Of a DNA stretch of 64,000 bases, positions 27,989 to 38,186 are shown piece after piece. Numbering within the stretch: position 1 is the stretch's first letter; the number at the start of each line of letters is the position of its first letter. The DNA is from Planctomycetota bacterium. Its GTDB lineage: Bacteria; Planctomycetota; UBA11346. The notes below the pieces were generated by a model. That model did no database searches. It was not told the DNA's origin and saw only the letters and a program-made list of their open reading frames with translations. A program made the position numbers and the translations under genes. The stretch is taken from NCBI GenBank assembly GCA_016745075.1, contig JADGDD010000002.1, positions 2,034 to 66,033 of the forward strand, read 5' to 3'.

Positions 27989-30193
27989 ATGAAAATTTCA
28001 AAAATGTTGACGCTGAGTTGCGGTTTGGTGTCATTTATTACGGCCGCTGAGAGCAGGCCAGCCGAGCCTGAATTATTGTTACCTACAGTAAATACAGATG
28101 TTCCTCAACATACCGTTTCGCTTGGTGATCTGACCTTTCTTGATGATGAAGAATGGGTGGAAGCAGTGAGTGGTCGTCGGATGGTTTTATCCGAGTCGCC
28201 ACAGGCAGTAACAATTATTAACTTAGAAGAAGATATCGATCTTCCCGTGTGGACGGTGCCAGACCGTTTACGTTACGAGGCTGGTATTGATGTCTATCAA
28301 ACCCGCCATGGGCAAATGGATGTTGGTATACGTGGCTGGAACAGCACCGGTTCCATGCGTACATTAGTGGTGTTGGATGGACGTAGTATTGATCTGGAAG
28401 AACTTGGCCAAGTTTTTTGGATTTCACATATTCACCCATCGGATATTACCCGTATTGAGGTCGTGAAGGGTCCAAGTAGTGTGCGCTTTGGTGCGAATGC
28501 TTTTGGTGGAGTTGTAGCGATTCGTGACCGTGATGTTGGTGATATTCATGAAGTACATACTATGAGTATGGTTGGTACAGATGGTCTGCTTGATATTGAT
28601 GCAACCGCATTGGGGCCTATTGGTAGCCATTGGAACCACCCCGCTTATTACAAAGTGAGTATCGGTGGTTCGTACAGAGATGATCAAGATGGCACACATG
28701 GTCGTGACCCTATTCTGCCGACTCATGAAGATTCTTTGCAAACAGGTGATGATGATCTTGATTCCATGAGGTTAAGTGCAGTCTTTGGTATACACTTAGC
28801 AGATGAATGGAGACTGGAAGCAGATGCTTATCTGGTCGATATTCAAGAATGGGATTTTATTGAGGATTTATCTATTGGTTCAAACTGGATTGATATTGAA
28901 GATAATAAGGCCGGTTTGCGTTTGTATATGCCATTTGGTGAACTGCGTTGGTTGCATAATGATGTGGATACCGAGTACTCGAATCAGAAGAGTGACCCCA
29001 ATATTGCATCTAGACGAACACGAGTTGGTTTGCGGAATAATACCGATGAATTATCCTTACATTTCAATCATTCATTTGATGAACATGTTATTTCGGCAGG
29101 AGTTGAATATAGTCAATGGAATTCATTGTCTAATTTCTGGGCACAAAATGGGTCTTACGCCGATGCCAGTACTTGGGTGCGTGAACGTGTTTTTAATCGT
29201 GCGGCATTTTTAGAAGATCAGTTTTTTCTCTCGGAAGAAATTATTTTGAATGCTGGTGTGCGTTTTGATAATCATAGCATTGTTGGCAAAAATACATCAC
29301 CACGTTTATCGGCGAACTACCGTGTTGATGACACTCAGTTTTTCCGTTTATCATGGTCACAAGGCTATCGTTTGCCCAGTCACTTAGAAGTTTTAATCGC
29401 GGAAGATTATTTTACTACAGCCAATGATTTAGAAGCAGAAACGATAAATTCTTTTGATGTAGGATGGCAAAAAACATGGCGGCACACTAAGGCAACGCTT
29501 GGTGCTTTTTATTCACGAGCTCAAGATATTATGGCCTTAGTGCCGTTGGATGCTGCTGTGATGCAAGGTAACTTGCCGAATGGCCCATTTTTTGAATATC
29601 GTAACATAGATAACCCTATTACTGTGTACGGTGTAGAAGCAGAGCTGCGCTATGCGTGGGCACAGCAAGCAGGTGAGTCATGGTTCAATATGACCTATCA
29701 AGACTTCTCTTATGATCATGACTTTATTTATCATAGTGATGGTGTGTTTATTGGCCAGCCTAATAAATTATTTGATTTTGATTTTAATCTTGGCGAAGAA
29801 CACAATGCACCGCCACAATGGAAAATAAATCTTGGTACTCGTTATCAACAGAATGGTTGGTTTACATCAGGAGTAGTGCGCTATGTTGATAAGCAAAGCT
29901 TCTTTTCTTTTGCCTCCTCAAATTTCCAAGGTAATCCCGTTGGACCAGATGTTACACGGGCGGGTTCAAGTGAACGAAGTGCGTATGCGGCTTGTGATCT
30001 CTCCGTTGGATATAATTGGGGGGTAGAAGAGTCTTTGAAGCAGTTTGTTCGTTTAAGTGCACTCAATATTTTTGACCAAGGACATTATGAAGGCCACAAA
30101 GTACCAAGTAGTGTCCTTGCGGCAGAAAATGAGGCGCACCGATCTAGTGAAGTTGGTAGAGAAGTGACGCTGACCTTTGGTTGGGAGTGGTAG
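27989..30193 (+). CDS. TonB-dependent outer-membrane receptor
   Basis: Signal peptide; plug motifs RTLVVLDGR and ITRIEVVKGPSSVRFGANAFGGVV; beta-barrel with C-terminal GREVTLTFGWEW. Confidence 0.92.
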   Translation: MKISKMLTLSCGLVSFITAAESRPAEPELLLPTVNTDVPQHTVSLGDLTFLDDEEWVEAVSGRRMVLSESPQAVTIINLEEDIDLPVWTVPDRLRYEAGIDVYQTRHGQMDVGIRGWNSTGSMRTLVVLDGRSIDLEELGQVFWISHIHPSDITRIEVVKGPSSVRFGANAFGGVVAIRDRDVGDIHEVHTMSMVGTDGLLDIDATALGPIGSHWNHPAYYKVSIGGSYRDDQDGTHGRDPILPTHEDSLQTGDDDLDSMRLSAVFGIHLADEWRLEADAYLVDIQEWDFIEDLSIGSNWIDIEDNKAGLRLYMPFGELRWLHNDVDTEYSNQKSDPNIASRRTRVGLRNNTDELSLHFNHSFDEHVISAGVEYSQWNSLSNFWAQNGSYADASTWVRERVFNRAAFLEDQFFLSEEIILNAGVRFDNHSIVGKNTSPRLSANYRVDDTQFFRLSWSQGYRLPSHLEVLIAEDYFTTANDLEAETINSFDVGWQKTWRHTKATLGAFYSRAQDIMALVPLDAAVMQGNLPNGPFFEYRNIDNPITVYGVEAELRYAWAQQAGESWFNMTYQDFSYDHDFIYHSDGVFIGQPNKLFDFDFNLGEEHNAPPQWKINLGTRYQQNGWFTSGVVRYVDKQSFFSFASSNFQGNPVGPDVTRAGSSERSAYAACDLSVGYNWGVEESLKQFVRLSALNIFDQGHYEGHKVPSSVLAAENEAHRSSEVGREVTLTFGWEW

Positions 30194-30327
30194 CAACAGT
30201 TTTTGTTTTGGCGTAAAGAAACGGTGGACTCTGCGTCTCTGTAAACAGAATGCGGGTAGAGCAGGGAGCATGGCTCATAATGGCCTTGCTCTGCTGTTGT
30301 CGGCGTTTACCGCAGGAAGAAGGAAGT

Positions 30328-30678
30328 ATGGATTTAGAGAGCTTAATGGGCAGTCTTGGACCTATGAAAGAGGCGATGGATAAGGCCAGTAACGAACGCA
30401 GTGATAAGGTGTTTTCTGGAACCGCAGGCGGTGGTGCGGTAAAAATTGCTTTGCGTGGTGACTTAACGGTAGAAAGTGTCGAAATTGCTGCGGCTGCTGC
30501 AAGCGCTTCAGAAGACGATGTTTCTATGCTTGAAGACCTGGTAGGTGTGGCCATGAATGATGCGCTTCGTCAATATGCCGTTGAGTTTGGAGCCACGCCG
30601 GAAGAGCAAATCCAGAAAAGTTTGGCTTCTTCTGATCTTGGTAGCATGCTTGGTCCACTTATGGGCGGTCTTGGTTAA
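30328..30678 (+). CDS. ybaB: YbaB/EbfC nucleoid-associated protein
   Basis: FSGTAGGGAVKIALRGD...VEI...DDVSMLEDLVGVAMNDAL. Confidence 0.88.
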   Translation: MDLESLMGSLGPMKEAMDKASNERSDKVFSGTAGGGAVKIALRGDLTVESVEIAAAAASASEDDVSMLEDLVGVAMNDALRQYAVEFGATPEEQIQKSLASSDLGSMLGPLMGGLG

Positions 30679-31515
30679 GTGGATACGGCGACGGCACAGG
30701 CAGAGATAAAACCATCCCGTGCAAAAAAAAGTTTGGTCATTCTTGTTATTACTGCAATAGCTCTTGGTTGTGGCGTGCTTGTGTATCTACAGACAAACAG
30801 GTACAAACAAGCTTATTCGTATGAAGAACTTGCGGCATATTTTTCTGAACGTGCAGCAGCAGGTGATGTACAAGGTCTTGTCCATTTGTGGTATCCAGAT
30901 CGTTTTACTGGCCGTGTGCAGGATTCAGTTATAAATTCATTAAGGTCATATGTCTACAAAGAGAGTCATGCCGTCTTTCGCCCTTTGCCTCCACATCTCA
31001 CCCTTGAAGATTATCAAGATTTATGGGAAGAGAAGAGTGGAGACCTTTTACTTGGTAAGGCTTTATTACCTGATCAAATTATGACCGTCCGTTTTTCTAT
31101 GCCAAGAACGATAGATAAACGGACGGGGAACATGTCATCGTCCATACAAAGTGGGCAAATTAACTTACATGCGGGTACTACAGAAGATGGCATTTGCTAC
31201 ATTATTCCGAATGTTATTTTAGGCACGCCAACTGAAGAACAGCGCCAGCGTATTATTGCACAGCGTCCACCTGAGCCAACAGCAGAAGATATTCAGCGCC
31301 GAGCAGATGCCTTAGAAAGGCACATGGCAGAAACAAAGCGGAAAGTACGAGAGAACGCTGTGTATAAAGAGACTGGTATTGGCGAGCCTGTTGATGTAGA
31401 GCAGCTCATAGAGGATTTGCAGCAGCGGCAAGAGTCCAAAGAACTTATAGAGCTCGAACGTAAAGACGTTGGGCCCAAAGAACCAGAACAAAAAGAGGGA
31501 ACGCTCCGCTTGTAA
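30679..31515 (+). CDS. Hypothetical single-pass membrane protein
   Basis: N-terminal hydrophobic helix; abuts the ybaB stop. Confidence 0.7.
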   Translation: MDTATAQAEIKPSRAKKSLVILVITAIALGCGVLVYLQTNRYKQAYSYEELAAYFSERAAAGDVQGLVHLWYPDRFTGRVQDSVINSLRSYVYKESHAVFRPLPPHLTLEDYQDLWEEKSGDLLLGKALLPDQIMTVRFSMPRTIDKRTGNMSSSIQSGQINLHAGTTEDGICYIIPNVILGTPTEEQRQRIIAQRPPEPTAEDIQRRADALERHMAETKRKVRENAVYKETGIGEPVDVEQLIEDLQQRQESKELIELERKDVGPKEPEQKEGTLRL

Positions 31516-31667
31516 GGGCTTAAGCTCGAACAGTTTAGATTGGGTGGATATCTCGTTCGTCTACATTCCACTGCACACAACTTCTTTCTTCAATGGAGGA
31601 GTCGGCTTGCAGGGTGGTCGATCGTTCTCCTCGTTGTTCTCTTCGCATATGTAGTAGACTGCAACTC

Positions 31668-34600
31668 ATGTCAGATTTTGTCCACCTGCATACCCACAGC
31701 CACTACACCTTGTTGGAATCTCCAGTTACGGTGAAGACCCTACTGAATGCTGCATATGAGCGGAATATGTCTGCTGTTGCGCTGACAGACCGGGCTAACC
31801 TCTTTGCTGCTTTAGAGTTTCAAGTTACGGCGGCAGGCATGGCCAAAGAAGGTAAAGAGATACAGTCGATTGTCGGCTGCCAAATCAACATGGCGCCACT
31901 TGGCATGACTGAAAAAACACGTGATATGCATCAGCTTGTTTTATTGGCAATGTCAGAAAAGGGATACTATAACCTAACGAAATTAGTCAGCCTTGGTTGG
32001 TTGAATGGTTTTTATTATGAAGCACGGGTCGATATTGATTGCCTCAGAGAGCATGCAGAAGGACTCATCTGTTTGACCGGAGCAGGCCCGTATGGGTATC
32101 TGAATTACCATTTTGAAAGTGGGGCAGTAGAAGAGGCGCGTCGTTTAGCTGGAAACCTTGCCGAAATTTTTGATGACAATCGTTTGTTTGTTGAAATTAC
32201 TGACCATGGCCTAGAAAATTCCAAAGATACCTTACAGGCAAATGTTGATCTTGCCCGTGATTTAGATTTGCCACTAGTAGCAACCAACTGGGTACATTAT
32301 CTTAATCATGAAGATGCTTATGTCCATGATGTGCAGCTCGCTGTTCAAAAAGTAACAACACTCAATGATACTCGGCGGAAGCGCATGCCGCCCGGTGGTC
32401 AGTTTTATTTAAAAACGGCAGAAGAAATGGAAGCCTTGTTTGTTGATTATCCAGAAGCCATTAGCAATACCAAAGTAATTGCTGATCGGTGCAAAGATTG
32501 TCACATTATTACCGGCGTATACCATTTGCCTGTATTTGATTGTCCGGACAGTGTTAATATTGAAGCTTATAAGAATAGCTTTGATGAGCGGGAATATCAA
32601 TTGCGGTATGAGGTGGATGCGGTTGATGGCGGAGAAGATAAACCAAAGAGTATAAATGATGCGGAACGAGAAAATCGTATTCATGCAGACGCTTATTTAT
32701 CCGAATTGTGCGAAGAAGGTATGCGTAACCGCTATGAAAATATCACCCCAGAGCTTCGTGAGCGTCTAGATTTTGAAATATGTACCATCGCACGCATGGG
32801 ATTTGGCGCCTACTTTTTGATTGTAGCTGATTTTATTAATTGGGCAAAAGAACAAGATATTCCGGTTGGGCCTGGTCGTGGGTCTGCGGCGGGATCATTG
32901 GTGGCTTATTCTCTTGGCATAACCGATATTTGCCCAATAAAATATGGCCTTCTTTTTGAAAGGTTTTTGAATCCGGGTCGTATTAGTATGCCCGATATTG
33001 ATATCGATTTTTGCAAGGATCGCCGTGAAGAGGTGATTCAATATGTGAAAGAAAAATATGGTTCAGAAGCCGTTGTAAATATCATGACGCTTGGAACCAT
33101 GAAAGCACGTATGGCCATTAAGGATGTAGCCCGTGCCTATGAGTGGACACCAGACGAAGCACAAACGCTGGCAAGCATGATTCCAGAAGACCCATCGGGC
33201 AAACATACCATTCCTGTATGCCTTGGTCTGAAGCCACTCAAGGGCGATGCTTTTGATAAACAAGATAAAATATCGGCTCGGTATGAAAGTGATGAACGTT
33301 CACATGATGTGCTCGACACGGCTATGGCATTGGAAGGTCTTGGCCGTAGTCTTGGTGTACATGCCTGTGGTGTCATTATTGCGCCAAGTGCCGTGCAAAA
33401 TTATTTGCCAGTTTGCCAAGTAAAAGGCAAACCTGCTACACAATATAATATGATGCAGTGTGAAGATTGCGGATTATTAAAAATGGATTTTCTCGGTTTG
33501 AAGACCATGAGCATCTTGAAAAAAGCTGCAGATATTGTGAAAGCCACAACCGGCGAAGTTCTTGATTATAACACGGTGCCAATTGATGATGCTAAAACAT
33601 TTTCAACGCTTGGTGAAGGGCAAACGCTTGGTGTCTTTCAATGTGAATCGCAAGGCTTCCAAGAACTTATTAAATTATTAAAGCCGGACCGTTTTGAGGA
33701 TCTTATCGCTTTGGTGGCGCTCTATCGTCCAGGCCCATTGTCTGCGGGCATGCATACTAGTTATTGTGACCGTAAACATGGACGGGAAAAAGTAGAATAC
33801 CCGCACCCTGTTCTTGAAGAAGTGCTCAAAGAAACATACGGTTTATATATTTATCAAGAACAGGTGATGAACATTAGCCGTTCACTGTGTGGCTTTTCTC
33901 AATCAGAGGCAGATAACTTACGTAAGGCGATGGGTAAAAAGCAGATTGCTGTGCTTCAAAAAATGCAGGATAAATTTATTAACGGTGCATGGGAATTGCA
34001 TCAGTTTGATCGTGATAAATGCGAGCGGATGTGGAATGACATTCTTGGGTTTGCAGCTTACTGCTTCAATAAATCGCATTCTGCCTGTTATGGTTTAATT
34101 GCGTACTGGACTGCCTATATGAAGGCGAACCATTTTGAAGCCTTCATGACGGCTAACCTTATCTATGAAATGGGCAACAAAGATAAAATGACGTTGTTCA
34201 CCCAAGAACTTGCTGACCGTGGCGTATCGGTATTGCCGCCAGACATTAATGAATCTGGTTGGGAATTTACTTGGACTGGTAAGGCTGTGCGTTTTGGTTT
34301 TGGTGGTATTAAGGGTGTTGGTCATCTTGCTGCCGAGCATCTTATTCAAGAACGAGAGGCGGGAGAGCCATTTGATTCTTTATATAATATTTGTGAACGT
34401 ATCGATACCAGACAGGTCAATAAACGTGTTATAGAAAATATGATTAAAGTTGGGGCGATGAGCTCGTTGCATAGTAACCGTAATGCGCTTGTAGAAACTA
34501 TAGAGCGTGCTTTTCAGCGTTCACAGCGTCTTGCAAAAACGGCATCTCAATCACAAAACACTCTTTTTAGCGTATTTGAAGAAGACGATTCCTTTATGCA

Positions 34601-35402
34601 GCAAACTCAAGGATATGTAGAGGTTGAAGATTGGAGCGAAGGCGAACGTTTGCGCTTTGAAAAAGAACTGACTGGCTACTGGATGAGTGGACATCCATTG
34701 CTTGAGCATAAACATTTTCTTGAGCAGTTTGCTACGCATGTGAGTAGAGACCTCGCAGACATGCCACCAGACGATGTCAGCATTGCTGCCGTTATTATTG
34801 CCAAACGTGATATTAAAACACGTACCGGAAAAATGATGGCTGTTTTAACCGTAGAAGATGACGTTGGCCGTTTTGATGTGGTGTTATTTGGTGGCCGCAC
34901 TGACCGTCGTGGTGTATTTATTCCCGGTGCTTATGAAAAATTTGCTGGTGAATGTGAACCGGACATGGTAGCGCTCTTCACAGGTAAAGTTGATACGCGC
35001 AGTCGTCCGGCCCCGCGTCCCGCAGCACAAGCGAGTGCAGGAGAGGAAGAAGACGGCGAAGCCAGCTTAGATGTAGATGAAGACCACGTAGAACAATTGC
35101 CATCGTTATTGGTGGATGATGTTACCCCCGTGCACTTAATTCACGAACGTCGGACTGAAGCAATAGAAGTAACAATAGATATAGAAAAATTCTCTACGGA
35201 ACAACTCACAGAACTCTCGGAAACGATGAGTGAATACATGGGTTCTTGTCCAGTGACGTTACTTATTCAAACCCCAAACGATGTCTTATTAAGTACTCGT
35301 GTAAGTAAAAGCTGGAACGTCCACCCCACTCCAGATCTGGTCGATGCGCTCAGCAACATTTGTGGTTCCGCCTACGTGCGGCGAGTACTCAAGCAAAAAT
35401 GA
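31668..35402 (+). CDS. dnaE: DNA polymerase III alpha subunit
   Basis: FVHLHTHS PHP start, VGPGRGSAAGS, LLFERFLNP, SMPDIDIDF, KMDFLGL, FNKSHS and OB fold. Confidence 0.97.
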   Translation: MSDFVHLHTHSHYTLLESPVTVKTLLNAAYERNMSAVALTDRANLFAALEFQVTAAGMAKEGKEIQSIVGCQINMAPLGMTEKTRDMHQLVLLAMSEKGYYNLTKLVSLGWLNGFYYEARVDIDCLREHAEGLICLTGAGPYGYLNYHFESGAVEEARRLAGNLAEIFDDNRLFVEITDHGLENSKDTLQANVDLARDLDLPLVATNWVHYLNHEDAYVHDVQLAVQKVTTLNDTRRKRMPPGGQFYLKTAEEMEALFVDYPEAISNTKVIADRCKDCHIITGVYHLPVFDCPDSVNIEAYKNSFDEREYQLRYEVDAVDGGEDKPKSINDAERENRIHADAYLSELCEEGMRNRYENITPELRERLDFEICTIARMGFGAYFLIVADFINWAKEQDIPVGPGRGSAAGSLVAYSLGITDICPIKYGLLFERFLNPGRISMPDIDIDFCKDRREEVIQYVKEKYGSEAVVNIMTLGTMKARMAIKDVARAYEWTPDEAQTLASMIPEDPSGKHTIPVCLGLKPLKGDAFDKQDKISARYESDERSHDVLDTAMALEGLGRSLGVHACGVIIAPSAVQNYLPVCQVKGKPATQYNMMQCEDCGLLKMDFLGLKTMSILKKAADIVKATTGEVLDYNTVPIDDAKTFSTLGEGQTLGVFQCESQGFQELIKLLKPDRFEDLIALVALYRPGPLSAGMHTSYCDRKHGREKVEYPHPVLEEVLKETYGLYIYQEQVMNISRSLCGFSQSEADNLRKAMGKKQIAVLQKMQDKFINGAWELHQFDRDKCERMWNDILGFAAYCFNKSHSACYGLIAYWTAYMKANHFEAFMTANLIYEMGNKDKMTLFTQELADRGVSVLPPDINESGWEFTWTGKAVRFGFGGIKGVGHLAAEHLIQEREAGEPFDSLYNICERIDTRQVNKRVIENMIKVGAMSSLHSNRNALVETIERAFQRSQRLAKTASQSQNTLFSVFEEDDSFMQQTQGYVEVEDWSEGERLRFEKELTGYWMSGHPLLEHKHFLEQFATHVSRDLADMPPDDVSIAAVIIAKRDIKTRTGKMMAVLTVEDDVGRFDVVLFGGRTDRRGVFIPGAYEKFAGECEPDMVALFTGKVDTRSRPAPRPAAQASAGEEEDGEASLDVDEDHVEQLPSLLVDDVTPVHLIHERRTEAIEVTIDIEKFSTEQLTELSETMSEYMGSCPVTLLIQTPNDVLLSTRVSKSWNVHPTPDLVDALSNICGSAYVRRVLKQK

Positions 35403-35456
35403 TATTTAAACGCATGCGCTGTAGCTGATGTACTTCATGGCCTTCAGCACAGCTAT

Positions 35457-36161
35457 TCAATTCAGATCATTGTCATTGGGGTCGAAACTTTCTTCTGCTG
35501 TTTCTTCCTCTGGTTCAACAGCAATGTGATCGTCCCAGAGTTTGGCTAATTGTTTGTTGGACCACGCGCCTTTAATGCCGGGAATATTTTTCAAATAATT
35601 GACGGTGCCTTGTCTGCCAAGGTGATAGGTGTCATGTAAGCCTTCAACGATATGAGCGAGATAGGCTTCTGATGGTGGTTTGGTTTGCCCAGTTTGTGAT
35701 GTATCAGATCCGGTAATCGTTACCATAGGGTGGCCTTCTCGATCAGCTTCTACTAAGAGCAGGCGGTTATACCAACTGGTTCCACTATCATGATAGCCAT
35801 TGGTAATGACGGCTTCCCAATCAAGGTCTAGTTCGGGGTTTTTATTCTCTTGGCGGAAGATATCAGCACATTGTTCTTTGGTCAGTAAGTAAGCGCGTCC
35901 CCATGTTTGTGGTGCCGGTTTGCTTGCAGGGGTTGGACGTGGGTCAAGAAAAGCGACGCTCCCTTTCCACTGTCTGGAATTGCGTGCGAAAAATAACTTA
36001 TGTGGAATAAATACAGCGCGTTCTTCACGCGGTTCTGTTGGGTCAGTGCAACCAGGTTGTTTGCCGCTTGCACCATCGGCTTTACCACCTTCAAGGTAAC
36101 ACAGAAAACGGTCATAGCTGAGATTCGAGCCGTAAGAGGCATACCATACAAGATTACTCAT
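35457..36161 (-). CDS. Gamma-glutamylcyclotransferase-like fold hypothetical protein
   Basis: VWYASYGSNL N-terminal motif and PSEAYL C-terminal motif. Confidence 0.7.
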   Translation of the reverse strand: MSNLVWYASYGSNLSYDRFLCYLEGGKADGASGKQPGCTDPTEPREERAVFIPHKLFFARNSRQWKGSVAFLDPRPTPASKPAPQTWGRAYLLTKEQCADIFRQENKNPELDLDWEAVITNGYHDSGTSWYNRLLLVEADREGHPMVTITGSDTSQTGQTKPPSEAYLAHIVEGLHDTYHLGRQGTVNYLKNIPGIKGAWSNKQLAKLWDDHIAVEPEEETAEESFDPNDNDLN

Positions 36162-36190
36162 AGGTGGGAGGATGATTGATTTTTATATAA

Positions 36191-36228
36191 AACAAGTGCC
36201 TTTCAGGGTATTCTGAAAGGCACTTGTT
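36191..36228 (-). terminator. Rho-independent terminator after EF-hand gene 1
   Basis: aacaagtgcctttcag-N6-ctgaaaggcacttgtt. Confidence 0.75.
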
Positions 36229-36257
36229 GTTCTAGGTTTAGTACTTATTTCTGGTGC

Positions 36258-37097
36258 TTATTTCTTACGATTACTGCGTTTTTCTTTAGCGTTTTTGCGT
36301 TCTTTGGGGCCGACTTTACCGTCGTTATTTTTGTCTGCCCGTTCTTTTCTCTTTTCTTTACATTCTTTTTTGTGTTGTTTGCGAGCGGCTTTACGTTCTT
36401 CATCATCTACAGTACCGTCACCATTCGTATCTGCTCGTTCCTTCATTTTTTCTTTGATCGCGGCTTTCTCTTCGTCATCAACAACGCCATCACCATTGGT
36501 GTCTGCGCGTTTTTTGAGTTCTGCGCGTTTGTGTTGTTTGTGGGCCTCTTTAGCTGCTTGCTTTTCATCATCATCAATGGTTCCATCACCATTGGTATCA
36601 AATTTTTCTTTCATTGCTTTATGTTTCATGTGTTGGCTATGAGCGTGGCGCGCTTCTTTTTCGTCAATGGTTCCATCACCATTATGGTCTATTTTTGCAA
36701 ATTTTTCAGGGTCGCTATCTTTGAGTCCATTGAGTTTGGCAAGGATTTTTTCTTTCTGTTCGTCGCTGAGTTTGCCTTTTTTCAGGAGTTTCTTGCCTGC
36801 TTTTAATTCTTCTTTATCAAGGGTTCCGTCACTGTTACTATCCAATTTTGCGAATAAATCAGGGTTGTTCTCTTTAATGTGAGCTGCAATTTTTTCAGGA
36901 TCAAAATGGTGACCATTGTGTTTCTTGTGTCCCTGTTTTGTATCCTTTTCTGTAGTGCTACTGTCTGATGTTTGGTCCCATTCAGAGAAGAGGTCATCTG
37001 CTTCTTCGGCAAGCAATGGCGTAGCGGTGAGGCTGCTGAAGCCAATGAGTAATCCTGCGGTGAGCGTGAGGGTCGTGCTTAATGGTGTCTGTAACAT
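36258..37097 (-). CDS. Secreted multi-EF-hand protein, His/Lys-rich
   Basis: Signal peptide and six DxNxDGxxxxxE loops (e.g. DTNGDGTIDDDE). Confidence 0.85.
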   Translation of the reverse strand: MLQTPLSTTLTLTAGLLIGFSSLTATPLLAEEADDLFSEWDQTSDSSTTEKDTKQGHKKHNGHHFDPEKIAAHIKENNPDLFAKLDSNSDGTLDKEELKAGKKLLKKGKLSDEQKEKILAKLNGLKDSDPEKFAKIDHNGDGTIDEKEARHAHSQHMKHKAMKEKFDTNGDGTIDDDEKQAAKEAHKQHKRAELKKRADTNGDGVVDDEEKAAIKEKMKERADTNGDGTVDDEERKAARKQHKKECKEKRKERADKNNDGKVGPKERKNAKEKRSNRKK

Positions 37098-37308
37098 GAT
37101 ACTGTTCCTTTCAGGAATGAGTCAAAAGAGTGAACTGTGATGTGCATTGTCCTATTGGTGGTCCTGCGACGAGTTCTGTGTGAGTGATATAAATGAGAGA
37201 GCGAAGCCTGTGCCAATTGTTTTTACAGGGTTTATGAGAATCTGGTGTAGGATACTCCGTTATCAGAGATGGTTGTGTTGGATTCTCCCTCAAGCTTCTT
37301 AAAAAGAA

Positions 37309-37342
37309 ACAGCCCGGAAAGAATATTGTCTTTCCGGGCTGT
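37309..37342 (-). terminator. Rho-independent terminator after EF-hand gene 2
   Basis: acagcccggaaaga-N6-tctttccgggctgt with an A-rich flank on the left. Confidence 0.75.
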
Positions 37343-37366
37343 GTATATTGGTTAGCAGGTGTTGAC

Positions 37367-38113
37367 TTAGTTTGCTTTACACTTCTCTACGTCTTTCTTT
37401 GGGCAGCATTTCTTTTGAGCTGCTTTTTTGTTGCGTTTATTATTATCTTTGCAGGCGGCTTCTTTTTCTGCTTTATCAATTTTTCCGTCACCATTGGTGT
37501 CGTGTTTTTTGATCCAAGCTTGGTGTTGTGCTTTTTTCTTGTCGCAAGCTTTTTGAGCAGCAGCTTGTTCTTCTTCACTAAGTTTTCCGTCACCATCAGC
37601 GTCGAAGCATTTGAGGGCTTTGGCTTCAGCTTTTTCACGGCAAAGGCGAGTCTTCTCTGTGCAGCAAGCTTCTTTTTCATCAATAACACCGTTGTTGTCA
37701 CAGTCGATTTTGTTGAATGCTTCAGGGTTTGTTTCTTTAAGGGCAGTAAAGCGTTCAATGGCAGCAGCAACTACTTTGGGGTCACATGGTCCGCAATCTT
37801 GTTTGGCTTTACAGTCTTTCTGTTTGTCGCAATCTTGTTTGGCTTTACAGTCTTTTTGTTTGTCGCAATCTTGTTGTGTCTTACATTTTTTGTCTTTGTT
37901 ACAGTCTGCAGGTGTTGGGCACTCTTTCTGTTTGTCGCATTGTTGTTTTGGTTGTGGACAGCAACTATTGCAATCAGCCGTTTGCTCCTGTTTGTCGAAT
38001 TCAGAAAAGAGTTTTTCAGCATCTGTTTCCTCGGCATTTAGGCTAAGGGTATATGCTGTGGCAAGTAAAGCGCAGCTAAGAGCAAGCTTGCGAAGTATGT
38101 TTTTGAGGTTCAT
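37367..38113 (-). CDS. Secreted EF-hand protein, Cys/Lys-rich
   Basis: Signal peptide; CDKQKDCKAKQD repeats; loops DCDNNGVIDEKE, DADGDGKLSEEE and DTNGDGKIDKAE. Confidence 0.83.
   Translation of the reverse strand: MNLKNILRKLALSCALLATAYTLSLNAEETDAEKLFSEFDKQEQTADCNSCCPQPKQQCDKQKECPTPADCNKDKKCKTQQDCDKQKDCKAKQDCDKQKDCKAKQDCGPCDPKVVAAAIERFTALKETNPEAFNKIDCDNNGVIDEKEACCTEKTRLCREKAEAKALKCFDADGDGKLSEEEQAAAQKACDKKKAQHQAWIKKHDTNGDGKIDKAEKEAACKDNNKRNKKAAQKKCCPKKDVEKCKAN
37792..37875. repeat. 36-bp in-frame tandem repeat (2.3 copies)
   Basis: cgcaatcttgtttggctttacagtctttYtgtttgt x2 plus a partial copy; encodes DKQKDCKAKQDC. Confidence 0.85.
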
Positions 38114-38186
38114 AAAGGTATCCTTCTATAAAGGTGTGAGGTTTGTTGGTGTATGAGACGATGTTTACAGCATTACTTTACTGCAA

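Noticed and set aside
32540..32690. Intein in dnaE
   Set aside because: The insert is ~40 aa with no C/S...HN splice motifs or endonuclease blocks.
35457..36161. Histone deacetylase label sometimes attached to this family
   Set aside because: No HDAC HH or DxH motifs; YGSNL indicates a GGCT-like fold.
37792..37875. 36-bp repeats, CRISPR-like length
   Set aside because: Copies are contiguous with no spacers, in frame inside a Cys-rich CDS, and no cas genes are present.
36295..38156. Long plus-strand Phe/Ser/Leu-rich ORFs
   Set aside because: Antisense shadows of the Lys/Glu/Asp-rich EF-hand genes.
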